Source: Eledone cirrhosa
Lineage: Eukaryota
Direction: 5' to 3'
Assembly (NCBI GenBank): GCA_964016885.1
Contig: OZ024754.1
Coordinates: 10,788,001 to 10,852,000, forward strand
DNA length: 64,000 nt
Shown: piece after piece, positions 13,129-50,770 of the stretch
Layout of the letters: each line of letters begins with the position of its first letter
How positions within the stretch are numbered: the stretch's first letter is position 1
Translations under genes and position numbers: made by a program
Notes under the pieces: model-generated
The model's input: the letters and a program-made list of their open reading frames with translations, nothing else
What the model was told of the DNA's origin: nothing
The model's database searches: none

Positions 13129-13733
13129 ATATACAACTCGGAAAAATCTCTTTCTTAGAGCTATTTTATTGTAAGAGACTATTTTGAGTTTCTAACTCAA
13201 TATATACCTTTGATATATTCGGCTCCGTTAATTTGTTGAACTATTTCAAATGTCGAATGAATCTGGCTGCTATTTTTAGTAGTGTAAATTTGTGAGACGC
13301 ACTAAGTTCAGATACCATGTGCATTGTTATATATACACACACTATTCAGTTTCTTAATATACTTAGAAGTGTCTAGGATACTAATTCTTCACCCACTGAT
13401 GAGCAAGAATTGGCATTCCTATTCACAATTAATATTGCGAAACAGCACCAAGAGCTGTCTGGGTGATTGGTAGTTACCACAATTCCGGTTTGTATTTATT
13501 TTCTTGATTTATTCTTAAATTGAGTCAGGCAAACCCTATTGTCTATAGTTAGTATTCTTTTCACCTTAGCGAATTTGGTCCCTTACGATTTGAACACATA
13601 CATGTATATATCTGTGTTGGTCTTTCTTTTATATTCAATTATAATATACGGCTCGAAAAAATCTCTTTCCTAGAGCTATTTTATTGTAAGAGACTATTTT
13701 GAGTTTCTAACTCAATATATACCTTTGATATAT
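13129..13733 (+). mobile_element. Retrozyme-like non-autonomous element: 515-bp unit plus 90-bp terminal direct repeat
   Basis: 13129-13218 is repeated at 13644-13733 (offset 515). It encloses the hammerhead, is flanked by (TA)n and has no ORF. Confidence 0.7.
13389..13466 (+). ncRNA. Type I hammerhead ribozyme, canonical
   Basis: Stem I TCACCCA/TGGGTGA, CTGATGA, stem II GCAA/TTGC, GAAA, stem III CAGC/GCTG, GUC cleavage triplet ending at 13459. Confidence 0.9.
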
Positions 13734-14589
13734 ATATATATATATATAAATATAGAAGAGAGAGAGGGGGGAGAGAGATGTATATACACATACAGGGTGT
13801 ACCAAAACGAATCACCTGATATATTCATTGGATGGAACAAGTTTCACTATCCTGTAGATGTATGCTGGGTGTCCTGGGGATGGCATATTGAGCATTTATA
13901 AAAATTGTAAATAAAACTTTATATTCAGACATATATTGTACTAATACACACTTCACTAATAGATCCTTTACACGGGCGGTAACAAGACGGGGAAACAACT
14001 CTTACTTAAAATACGTAACTTAAGGAACTTGGTTTTGTTTGTTTGTTTTTTTTTAATTCTTAAACGGATCTCAAATTTAAATTTTTTTTTTGCCGAGACT
14101 TGAGCCAGGTAAATACTTAATTCATAACACATAAAAAATAAACGCAATATAAGTTTCTTATCTAAACTTGTATTAAATATGTATGATATTACCAGTATTG
14201 ACAATTTGAATATTTCATGTTTAAATGATAATTTGCAACGTTTATAAATAGACCAGAATATGGCCAGCTGCAGGTGTGAGCCTTGCGAGATAGAATGGGT
14301 CTTCCAGCGCATCTCCCTTACCATCCTCCGGGAAAACGCCTTCTCCATTCTGTCCGCCGGGGCTGTGGGGTAGCCAGCACGAGGGACCCCATTTACTCAC
14401 CATACAGAGAGATAGGGAGGGCGAGAGCGACAGAGGTGATGACGGTGGGTGTTCGCGCACATTGCACCTGTCATGTGATAATTTCATTTTTGTACATACA
14501 CAAACAGCCACCAATAGTTGTGTCCCTTTAAAGAAATAAACCACAGTTATCTCACCTTTGAAAGTATACGCCATTACGTACATACTTTA

Positions 14590-39167
<24,578 letters not shown>

Positions 39168-39235
39168 TATCATTTATACAAAGTTATATGATATAGATGA
39201 CATGATGTTGTCATAATCTATCTATGAATTGTTTT

Positions 39236-39241
39236 AATAAA
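39236..39241 (+). terminator. Candidate polyadenylation signal of HAGH
   Basis: AATAAA about 70 nt after the stop codon, followed by T-rich sequence. Confidence 0.5.
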
Positions 39242-41730
39242 TATTTTTAAAGATATATTTTGTCTCAGATATTCGTTTCTTTTTTTTTTTACTCCTTTGC
39301 ATGTATTTTAACAAGCTACTGTGGATGGGATATTTTTTCTAAAAATAAGTTTACAGAAACAAATGTGCTGTTGTGTTTCACTGAATAGCTTTCTCTTATA
39401 TTTTTGTGAAGCATTGAGCTTGCAATTGTGAGGTTGTGAGTTTGATTCTCAGATAAAGTGATATGTTGTGTCCTTGAGCAAGATACTTTATTTCACATTA
39501 TTCCAGTTTACTCAGCTGTAGAAATGAGTTGTGACAACACTGATGTCAAGCTGTATTGGCCATTGCCTTTTCTTAAGACAACATTGATGGCGTGGATGTT
39601 TATGCAGGTGTAGTGAGCTGCATATATTTTAGCCATTAGAAAAAAGCAAAATGAATGCTTCAACTTCGAAAGAGAGATGACTCAAGTAGAAAAAATTTTG
39701 TCGAAATTTTTTCTAAGTTAAATTGAATATTTTTTACACTTTATATATTTATACATTTGTAGTTGTAGTTTCTGGTAGTAAACTGTTTGAATTAATGTTG
39801 GACCAATGAGGAGACCTCATGGTAGTAGCTTCATCTGTTAAAATAGCAACAGAATCTTTTGCCAGGTTGTCTTAAAAAGGACAGAACATAGATATGCAAT
39901 ACCAAAGAGAACGACAGGATGGTCATTGCTGGAATCATCATTATCATCATTTTTACGTCTACTTTTCCGTACTGCCATGAGTTGGATAGGATATTTTGTG
40001 ATAATGTTTTACAGCCAGATGCCCTTTCTGATACCAGCCCTTTTAGTCACCTCTAACAACAGACAATGATACAGGGTACCTATTCTAAAAACCAAGATAC
40101 ACACAGTAAGTACTTATAGGTTTGCTTAGTTGGGACTTACCTTGGGTTAAAGAGCAACAATAATTATTATTTTTCAGCAGATCCTATGAGTGTGCAGGTG
40201 AAACTCCAGAATATTCAAACTCTACTTCAGTATTGAGTACTCTTTTCTCTGATCTGTTAACTACATATGGATATATATATACCATCATCGTTTAAAGTCC
40301 ATTTTCCATGGCCTTAATCCTAATGTGCCTTAACTCTAACCCTAGAAAACCCTAGCCCTAATTCTAATAAGCCATGGCTTTAATCATAATGTACATTAGC
40401 TCTAACCCTAAAGAACACCTCATCCTAATGATCCCTAACTCTAAACCTAACCCTAAAGTTTATATACTCAATGAATCAGTTGAATGTGACGAAATATTTT
40501 AGTTTATTTATTTCAAATCCTATCAATAATCCCTTTTTTTTCAAACACAGATTTTTCGTGACATGTTCAAAGTAAAAAGAAAAGAGACAACAGTTTATTT
40601 TCTTTCTATTAGATGTTCCAGAGATATTGTACAGGGGAAATGGAAGATTTAAAAAAATATATAAATACCTTCATCAAGCCAGGAATTAAAATCAAACCAA
40701 GAATTCTGTTTTAACCCTTTACCATTTACATTAGTCTATATTTACTATTGTATTTTCATATGGTATCACATGGTATCACCCGTAATATTGAATCTATGAG
40801 ATTTTGATTTTATTTATTTTGAGAACAATACCTTAACATCAATATGAGTGGCCAGTTACAGCTGGTTTGAACAGAAAGAGGTGAAAGAATTCTGGCCGGA
40901 TACAGCTGGTTTGAATACTAAAGGGTTAGAATAAAACACATTTTTTTTTTTTTGTTTACAAAATAAATGCAGCCTGTAAATGTCAACTGATAATCAGTTT
41001 ACAATGAAAAGGTAACACAAATACAAAGATTGAAAAGTAACCTGTATCTATTGATTTGTACAGAATATTGTGTACACCTCTTCACCCCACATATATTCCT
41101 TTACTGAAAAGTGCAACAAAACAATGATGAGCAGAATAAGTCCAAAACAGGTGCACTGTTCACTGTCCATTTTGTTCCCTAAAAGTCAACTTGACCGTTG
41201 CACTTTAGATGATGATGATGATGATGCAATGGAGAGGAATGACAAGTCAACCTTTAGTTTTTATAATTATTTATAGCCAGTTTTAAATTACTTATATAAA
41301 GGACATGAGTTACAATGCTGAATGGAAAGGAATAATGAGTAAACCTTTAACTTTGGTCTCTGTAAATTTCCAATTCTAAACGATTTATATAAATGAGATG
41401 AGTTTATTTTCACATATGTATGTAAAACATTTACAAACGATAATCACAACATTTGGGTAAGTTGTCAATATTTTATAAATAGTGTGAGAGTGAGATGATG
41501 GATTAATGGAATTGGCAGAACTTAGCATTATTTAATTATGTCTCTTGAAGTATTTATTTTAACCCTTTCATTATCATATTTCTAACAAAAGACACTGCCT
41601 ATAATTTTCAAATAATTTTCAAATAATTTTGAAAATAATAAAAAATTTAGAGAGATTTAGTAAAATAACTTTCTTATTATTAAGTTGATGTTCTTAGGTA
41701 AAATTGTGATGGAAGGTTTTTAAATAAATA

Positions 41731-42133
41731 CTAGACCACCCATGACCCTTTGGGTCACATTCACTGAAAAGTATTTTTTTAAACTTAAAAATTGTTTTAA
41801 ATAATTAAAATATACACAGACATGTATATATATATATATACACACACACACACATATTTCATTCAACTACACAACCGACTCTCTCTTTCTTCCATTTTCC
41901 TTCTCTCTCTCTCTATGTCTCTCTTTCAATCTACTCTCTCACAACCACTATCTCTTTCTCTCTCTATTTATGAAGGTAACTAGAAAAACCCCGTATCTTG
42001 GGAACCCATGCTCCAATTTCCGCGAAACTTGTTTTATTCCACTTCCTATAAAAGTATTTTCCCATTATGTGCTGTTTTGGCTGTATTAAATTACAGACAA
42101 GCACACAACCACAGAGTTTAAGTAGTATATAGA
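41731..42133 (-). mobile_element. Non-autonomous Helitron
   Basis: Minus-strand start TCTATATACTA, subterminal TGACCC/GGGTCA hairpin, CTAG end, A|T site. Confidence 0.65.
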
Positions 42134-42829
42134 TAAACACTTTAAAATGGGCAGTTTGTATCATAAAACCTGGTTTGCTATCAAAAACGTTGTCTCTTTC
42201 TTAGTATATATGCAGTGCTAAATATTCTATTGTTCCTATTATTCACTCATAGTTTGAGATACAGACGAAAAGTATCCTTTCTTAAAGAAATCATCATCAT
42301 CATCATTTTACGTCCACTTTTCCCTGCTTACAAGGGTGGGACGGGAACTGCTTCTGGCTTGATTTCTACAGCTGGATGCCCTTCCTAACACCAACCTCAT
42401 TTACAGTGAGTGCTGGGTGGTTTTTGCCGTGGCACCTACATGACCACATTGCAGTGGAATGATAGGGACCCCAGTCCCTATCATCTCATTTCTACAGCTG
42501 AGTAAACTGGAGCAATGTGAAATAAAGTGTCTTGCTCAAGGAAACAACACATCACCCGGTCTGAGAATTGAACTCACAACCCTTTGATTGCAAGGCCAAT
42601 GCTCTAACCACTAAGCCATGTGCCTCCATCAGAAAGTAAAAAGGAATTAGGTACTTAATGTGGAAACATCATAATCATCATTATCAACACCTTTTAACAT
42701 TTATTTTCCATGCTAGCATGGGTTAGACGAGTTGTCCCATTATGAGACAAGTCAGATCAGGTGACCACATCTTGTTCATACAGAACTGTTTCTGGCTTTG
42801 TTTCTATGGTGGGATGCCCTTCCTAACAC

Positions 42830-43340
42830 CAACCACTTTTACAGTGTGGGTTGGTTGCTTTTTGTTGTGGCACCAAAACAACCAGCTGATAGATTGTACT
42901 GGGTACTTTTTGTCATGTCACCAACACGACCACTTTTACAGTGTGGGCTGGATACTTTTTGTCATGTCACTATGTGGGCTGGGTGCTTTCTGTTGTGTCA
43001 CCAACACATCTACCTTACAGGGTGGGCTGGATGCTTTTTGTTATGTCACCAATATGACCACCTTAGTGTGTGGGCTGGGTGATTTCTGTTGTGTCACCAA
43101 CACATCCACCTTACAGGATGGCCTGGGTGCTTTCTGTTGTCACCAACACATCCACCTTACAGGGTGGGCTGGGTGCTTTTTGTCATGTCACCAACACATC
43201 CACCTTACAGGGTGGGCTGGGTGCTTTTTGTCATGTCACCAACACATCCACCTTACAGGATGGCCTGGGTGCTTTTTGTCATGTCACCAGTACAACCACC
43301 TTAGTGTGTGGGCTGGGTGCTTTCTGTTATGTCACCAACA
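42830..43340. repeat. 36-bp minisatellite expanded inside a SINE (also 10480-10730, 34120-34330, 55430-56020)
   Basis: Unit CACCTTACAGGGTGGGCTGGGTGCTTTTTGTCATGT-like, contiguous with the SINE body. Confidence 0.9.
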
Positions 43341-45199
43341 TAATACAAATGTGGCTGCAGACCAGACTTGCTTTTCAAGCTTCCGAAAGGCATGACTTGC
43401 TTTTGTAATCCTGTGATCTATTTCACTATCAAGGGTACCATCTCTACTAAGTGTACTTCCGAGATACACAAAGCTGTCCACCACCTCAAGTCTTCTTCCT
43501 CTCACGAAAATGTTTCACTCCACATGCACTTCTCCAACTGGTGGGGTGTACACGACCTTGGTATTTTTTATGCTAATATTTATTCCAAACACAGTGCATG
43601 TATTGGAGAAGGTGCCCAATATCAACTTGCATGTCCTCTACTGTGTGAGCCACAAAATCTGCATACAGGAACTCCCAAACAAGAGTGCTAAATGTTTTGG
43701 ACTTGGTGTTAAACTGTCTTAGATTAAAGACTTTGCCAGAAGTTCTAATTCACAAGTATACACTAATTTCAAAGTCTTAGACAGCATATGTCAGCAACAT
43801 GGCAAAGTAGATAGAGAACAGAGTGGGTGCAGATATGTTGCCTTGCTTGACACCATTTTTCACTGAAATTGACTCTGATCATCATCATCTGCCGGCCTCA
43901 GCTGAAATGGACTCAACAATTGATCTCCACGTATGGGTCTGTCGTTCATTGCCGTTGCCAAGTCCTGGATTTCAATACCAGACCGGGTGATGTGTTGTTT
44001 CCTTGAGCAAGACACTTTATTAGACATCGCTCCAGTTTACTCAGCTATAGAAATGAGATGATAGGGACTGGGGTCCCTATCATTCCACTGCAAAGTGGTC
44101 GTGGAGGTGCCACGGCAAAAAAGCACCCAGCACTCACTGTAAATGAGGTTGGTGTTAGGAAGGGCATCCAGCTGTAGAAATCAAGCCAGAATCAGTTCCC
44201 GTCCCACCCTTGCAAGCAGGGAAAAGCGGACGTAAAATGATGATGATGATGAATCTCTGGAGATGACATCAGGATAGGAGAGCTTGCACCACCTGTTATT
44301 AGTGACTGGTTGTGGTTTCCGAAGCACTAATAGGGACACAGCCCCATGGATGACAGTGGCCAGCAAATCTAACTCTCCTTTTACATGCGACAACAGAAAG
44401 TGTCCAATTGAAGTTCATTTTTGCGGGATGAAAATCAGAACTCATGAGAGTCAATGGCCATCAAAAACTGTGTATATACGTATATATTATGTGGGTGTGT
44501 GAATGTGTATATGTGGGTGGGTGTGGGATTGTTTCTGTGTGTATTTTTATTTTTAATTTATTTAATTTTAACTTTTAAACTTTCAAACTTTTAACTTTTA
44601 AACTTTTAAACAATTCTTTTTTTTTTTTATTTCATTTTATCTTATTTATCTATTTAACCTATTTATTATTTATCTGGGAAAATCTACGGTTGTTGCAGCT
44701 ACATTTTTTTTTTTTTTTTTTTTTGAGAGAGAGTGATAGAGAAAGACACTCTGAAAAAAACCTGTGGTTGATACAGCTGCTGATCATCTAGCATCTGTTT
44801 GTCATTAGATTCTAGCTGTTGATACTTAGTGGGCTGCATGTGTGTAGCACAAGTGTGTGCTACACACATGCTTTGATCTCCATGTGCAGATATCTCTTCA
44901 AAGTCCTTCTGGCGATGGGGAAGCAGTGACATGTACAGTCCTAACGAGTTGGAGATATGCAGTTGCTAATCTGCACGCAGGCGGCTTAAGACCTATCTAA
45001 CGTTGTTGCCAGTTTTCGGAATAGGAACTGGCTTGGACAAAGTCTTCTTTGACTGAGCAGCCCTTTCAAGGGAGAACACTGCTCACCTAAATCTTGGGAG
45101 AGGTCAATAAAGGGGACCCAAACATTGTCTGTTTCACCATCCAGCTGGGTCAACAACCCGTGGTTGACAGCTATTAATACCGACAGGTAAAACAAGAAG

Positions 45200-45242
<43 letters not shown>

Positions 45243-45245
45243 ATA

Positions 45246-45632
45246 TGGAGGCACTTGGCTTAGTAGTTAGAGCACTGGCACTGGGCTTGCAATCAAAAGG
45301 TTGTGAGTTCAATTCTCAGACCGGGTGATGTATTGTTTCCTTGAGCAAGTCACTTTATTTCACATTGCTCCAGTTTACTCAGCTGTAGAAATGAGATGAT
45401 AGGACTGGGGTCCCTATCATTCCACTGCAAAGTAGTCGTGCCACGGCAAAAAAGCACCCAGCCCACACTGTAAAGTGGACGTGTAGGTGCCACGGAAAAA
45501 AAAGCACCCACCACTCACTGTAAATGAGGTTGGTGTTAGGAAGGGCATCCAGCTGTAGAAATCAAGCCAGAATCAGTTCCCGTCCATCCCGTGCAAGCAG
45601 GGAAAAGCGGACATAAAATGATGATGATGATG
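45246..45632 (+). mobile_element. Full-length tRNA/CORE-type SINE with RTE-derived tail (many other copies, e.g. 38160-38600, 42295-42630, 43975-44250)
   Basis: tRNA-like head (TGGCTTAGTAGTTAGAG; GAGTTCAATTCTC), CCTTGAGCAAG...CACATTGCTCCAGTTTACTCAGCTGTAGAAATGAG core, and a tail shared with RTE 3' ends ending in (ATG)n. Confidence 0.8.
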
Positions 45633-45692
45633 AAATCATCATCATCATCATCATCATCTTCGTTTAACGTCCATCTTCCATGCTAGCATGAG

Positions 45693-45751
<59 letters not shown>

Positions 45752-45763
45752 TAAATATATATA

Positions 45764-45795
<32 letters not shown>

Positions 45796-45855
45796 AATAT
45801 ATATATGTAGGTTACAGCACTTAATAGTTATGTAATAAACAACATAAGATAATTA

Positions 45856-45916
45856 TTTCATTTACCAGTGGTTTCTTGAAAGCAAACAAAATTTGCTTTC
45901 AATCATCAGAGTGAAA
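45856..45916 (-). ncRNA. Type I hammerhead ribozyme motif
   Basis: Minus strand: TTTCACT-CTGATGA-TTGAAAGCAAA/TTTGCTTTCAA (11-bp stem II)-GAAA-CCACTGG-TA-AATGAAA. Confidence 0.78.
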
Positions 45917-46257
45917 AAATCCTATTGTAACGCGAACTGGCGCAAAATTTATTATAATTATTGACAAACCAATCAAATTACTTCTCGAAAAACCTGGCAT
46001 TTCGAGCCACTTTTTCCATATAAAACAAGTAACATTCAGAGACCAACCAGATGTGAGAAAAACCACAGACCCTCCATCTCAACTCACCTTTTGAAAAGCA
46101 GAAGAATTGCGAAACCAGTAAAGGAACCAAATAAATATATATATATTTTTTTTAAAAATAAGACTCCAGTTGCATTTTCGATTTCATCTCTTTTACTTTA
46201 TACTTTCACTCGTGTAGGACACCTCAGTTATTTTTCATTTTGTAAAAAAAACCTCAC

Positions 46258-46296
<39 letters not shown>

Positions 46297-46302
<6 letters not shown>

Positions 46303-46755
46303 ATTAAATAAATGGAAAACTATATTTATAAAACCATATTTATTTCATTATATATATTTCGGGGATATCATATTAACAATATGCTATGCCTTCATCAGAC
46401 AAAATACAATATAAACAGTTTTATAGATAAATAGATTTGACATACCGTAATAAACGTCGACTTCATTTGAAGAGGTTTACGCTAGCAGTCTTCAAATGAA
46501 GTCGACGTTTATTACGGTATGTCGAATCTATTTATCTATAAAACTGTTTATATTGTATTTTGTCTGATGAAGGCATAGCATATTGTTAATATGATATCCC
46601 CGAAATATATATAATGAAATAAATATGGTTTTATAAATATAGTTTTCCATTTATTTAATATTGTAAATATACTCCAAATATTTGTCGAGTACTTTTATAT
46701 CAGTTATAAATATTTACTAGTTGTAACCCAACAATTTTAAATATAACTTTACATG
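46297..46755 (+). mobile_element. Fold-back hammerhead element copy B: 177-bp inverted repeat (46297-46473/46489-46665) plus tail; hammerhead motifs at 46556-46621 (+) and 46341-46406 (-)
   Basis: Same family as 23611-24056, with one mismatch seen between arms. Motif CTGATGA...GAAA-TATATA-TA-ATGAAATA; (TA)n flanks. Confidence 0.85.
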
Positions 46756-46801
46756 TATATATATATATATATATATGTATAAAACAACATAAGATAATTA
46801 T

Positions 46802-46862
46802 TTCATTTACCAGTGGTTTCTTGAAAGCAGATATTGTATCTGTTTTCAGTCATCAGAATGAA
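46802..46862 (-). ncRNA. Type I hammerhead ribozyme motif (paralogue of 45856-45916)
   Basis: Minus strand: TTCATT-CTGATGA-CTGAAAACAGATA/TATCTGCTTTCAA-GAAA-CCACTGG-TA-AATGAA. Confidence 0.78.
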
Positions 46863-49014
46863 CAAAAAAATATGGTATTTTTATTAAATATGGATTTGAA
46901 AACAAAATTTAGGAAATATGTGAGGCTGAGAAAAAAAACCAGCGAAGAAGAAGAGGGGATAAAGAATAAAAAATATATATAAATATAAACAATAAATATC
47001 CAGAACATAAACATATACACACTCAACCACGTGCATATACTTAAAAAGTACGTAGACGTATACTTTTTCACATAAGCGTATACGCGTCTCATCATCATCA
47101 TCATCATCATCATTATTCTATGTACTATATTGACGAGTTGTAGTGCACCTGAGCACTTTACACAATAATTTCATTATTATTATTATTATCACCGTTTTAC
47201 GTCCGTTCTTCCACGCTAGCCTGGGTTAGACGGGTTGTCCTGTTGTGGGCAGTGTCTGGTCGGCTGACCATGCCTTGCTCATACAGGAACTGATTTGGCT
47301 TGATTTCTACAGCTGGATGCCCTTCCTAACACCAACCTCATTTACAGTGAGTCTACAGATGCATATGCGCTTATGTCTGTAGACAACTTTATCAGTGAAA
47401 CAATTGTTAGACTGCAAATAAATCCCCTTTTTTGTACTGTTTACCATGTTATTCTCCACTTTTTCAATTATATATATATATATATATATGCTTGGAACAT
47501 TAAGTTAAGAGAAGAAACAACATATTTCACTGTGTGTTGCAAGACTGAACTCTGTGGCCTGTCTTCAAATTCAGTCATGATCAATCAAACTTTTAGCCAT
47601 TCAAGATCAATCAAATGGTTGATCAGATCAACTTTAAAAAAAACCTTATTCTTACAAAAAAACAAAAAAAGTAGTGTCAAGTATTTCTCTCAGCCTCCAG
47701 CCTCCATCGTCCTGCTTAGAAAAGTAGGTTGTCACATGACAAAGTGTGTAGAAGTCTTTACATGTGACTTAACCAAGAATAATGTGACAACTGTTTGAAA
47801 TGGGTTGTTGTTGTTGTTGTTGTTGTTGTTTTGGGAGTGAGGGGTTTTCAATTCAACTGCAAAAATATTGAATGACATTTAAACCAGGAAGTGAACAAGG
47901 ACAGTAACTTGCTGAGAATGATCTCTTGTGCCAGTCATGTTAGATTTAGTGAGCTTATATATCTATTTATAAAGTTTTAATGTTTCACTTCATTTCTAGT
48001 CATTTAAGTGACAATTTCCTCTCTACAGATGTTCCTGGAGGAAACATACCAAATCTATTAAACTGTATCAATGAGAGACTAAGAACAGTTGCACATGATT
48101 TTAGCAGAATCTCTGAAGACATTTTAGTGCTATTTAGTACCAAGAAAACTTTAACCAAATTAATTTGCTCAAACAACCAATCTGTTTCCAGTCACCAGAA
48201 TAAGAAACTTTTGAAATGAAATCCCGTAATTTGAGGTAAGTGAAATACTAAACATATATTAGGTTATTTTATTAAAAGCTTAGCAGAAATATCATCTGGT
48301 ATGAATATTTTTGTCTGTGTATATGTATCTGTTTCATAACATATCTTTAGGAAAAGTTACATTTTTTTTTTACATGTAGCTGATGTGAACACACACTAAA
48401 ATATCATATAGCAGTTAGAATGAATACAAAAATATTTATTCTCAACCAAATGTTAGCTCAAACTTAATTAAACAAAGATGTGATATAAAGCAATAATAAA
48501 CATAGATGGTTGTAACAGCACAACACCAGAGCTGTCAACTCTCCCCATTTGATGGATGATGGGTGGGGGAAAGATCTGTCACTTGTTCTGGAATGGGTGG
48601 GTGAGAGATGTCTTTTTTTGTGAAAATGGGTATAGCTTTCATTAAGTAAAATCTCCTCATTTTTGCCTCATTTCTTCTTGTTTTGGGGCACTTTTTTTCC
48701 ATGGTACTCTCCGTTTGGGTTTTTAGAGGTTGGCAGATCTGCAACACATCATCATCAACGAGATTCAAACCCATTTAATTTTTGAATGAAACAGTTTTTA
48801 TCGACTCTATTCTAGAAGTATGAAGCATAACAAATCCTTTAGAAATAAATAGCAAAACTTCTTTCATGATGGAAGAACAACACAGTCTTACAAACGCCAT
48901 ATATGATTTTTCTGTTTATTTATTTCATATTTATGTACAATAATATTTGCTGTTATTGATATTAGCGTCACTAGACATTGAGGAACTGGTGTCTTTCTGG
49001 GTCAATGTGTTTGC

Positions 49015-49245
49015 ATGTGTGTGTGTGTGTGTGTGTGTTTGTGTGTGTATGTGTCAGTGAATGTTGTGTGTGTTTGTTTGTGTGTGTGTGTGTGTGTTTG
49101 TGTGTGTATGTGTCAGTGAATGTTGTGTGTGTTTGTTTGTGTGTTTGTGTGTGTGTGTGTGTTTGTGTGTGTATGTGTCAGTGAATGTTGTGTGTGTTTG
49201 TTTGTGTGTTTGTGTGTGTGTGTGTGTGTTTGAGTGTGTATGTGT

Positions 49246-49286
<41 letters not shown>

Positions 49287-49461
49287 AGTGTATGTTGTGT
49301 GTGTGTGTTTGTTTGTGTGTGAGTATGTATATGTTTGTCAGTGTGCGTGTGTGTGTAAGTAATATATATATATATATATATTATATATAAGTAATATATA
49401 TATATATATATTACATATATATATTACATATATATATATATATATTATATATATATATTAC

Positions 49462-49494
<33 letters not shown>

Positions 49495-49496
49495 AT

Positions 49497-49531
<35 letters not shown>

Positions 49532-49631
49532 AGTAATATATAAATATATATATTACATATATATATTACATATATATATATATATATATATTATATATAA
49601 GTAATATATATATATATTACATATATATATT

Positions 49632-49693
<62 letters not shown>

Positions 49694-49700
49694 CATATAT

Positions 49701-49741
<41 letters not shown>

Positions 49742-49766
49742 TACATATATATATATATATATATAT

Positions 49767-49823
<57 letters not shown>

Positions 49824-49848
49824 TACATATATATATATATATATATAT

Positions 49849-49917
<69 letters not shown>

Positions 49918-49950
49918 CATATATATATATACATATTACATATATATATG
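49015..49950. repeat. (GT)n-rich tract followed by a (TA)n/TTACATATA compound array
   Basis: Direct reading. Confidence 0.95.
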
Positions 49951-50099
49951 TATATCATCATCATCATTTAACGTCCTCTTTCCACGTTGGCATAGGTTGT
50001 CCCATTGGAGGCAAATTGGGTCAGGTGGTTGTGTCTTGCTCATATAGAACTGGTGTTCTATATATATAGAACTGTTTCTAGATAGATTTCTATAGTTGG

Positions 50100-50770
50100 A
50101 TGCCCAGGTCTCACTACCATGTAACATTGCTGTTCGTATACATGCATTGTAGAATCTGCCCTTCATTTTAAGGGGAAAACCTTTTGTAGCTAACAGCGGT
50201 ATTAGCTCTCTGAACTTTCTTCATCCTTTTCTTAAGCTGGCTACTGTACTTTCAGAACACCCTCCCCCACTGCTGATTTTGTCACCCAAGTAACAGAAAG
50301 TGTTGACTATTTTTATAGTACCGTCAGGGAATTTGAAGGAGCAAGTGTCCTGTGGGCACTTGCTACTTACTGTACCTGAACATTGGTCACATATAAAGCC
50401 TACCTTCTTTGAAAGCCTGCCTGTGATTCCAATAAAACTTTTATGTACCCATAGCTTGCATTTGGGGTATAGAATGGAATTTCTACCTACTCCTTTCCTG
50501 CACACTAAGCAAGTCCATTTCCTAGAGGGAATCTGGGCCTTATTTTCCTTTCTACATACTAGAACTTTAGTCTTAGACAAGTTTACTTTAAGTCCTTTTG
50601 ATTCTAGGCCATGATTCCAGGTTTGGAATTTCTTCTTTAATTCTGCCATAGATTCTCATGGGCAGCCAGTCTTAAACTCTTCTGTTATAGCCTGTAGGAC
50701 AATAATAAACAGGAGAGGGCTAAGGACGGAACCCTGATGAACACCTACTTGTATGCTAAATTCTTCACTA
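50100..50770 (-). mobile_element. RTE LINE RT fragment with PHD-like Cys-rich insert
   Basis: VGVHQGSVLSP, GLKVNLSKTKV, CLVCRKGVGRNSI, FCYLGD, MLHGSETWA. Confidence 0.88.

Noticed and set aside
40315-40455. CCCTAA-like telomeric repeats
   Set aside because: Too degenerate and short; more likely a TE-internal or low-complexity tract.
48029-48235. Exon-like block with ctacag acceptor and gtaagt donor
   Set aside because: Stop codons in all three frames and no partner exons found.
48535-48774. 79-aa minus-strand ORF in unique-looking sequence
   Set aside because: No recognisable domain, an in-frame stop directly before the ATG and no supportable upstream exons.
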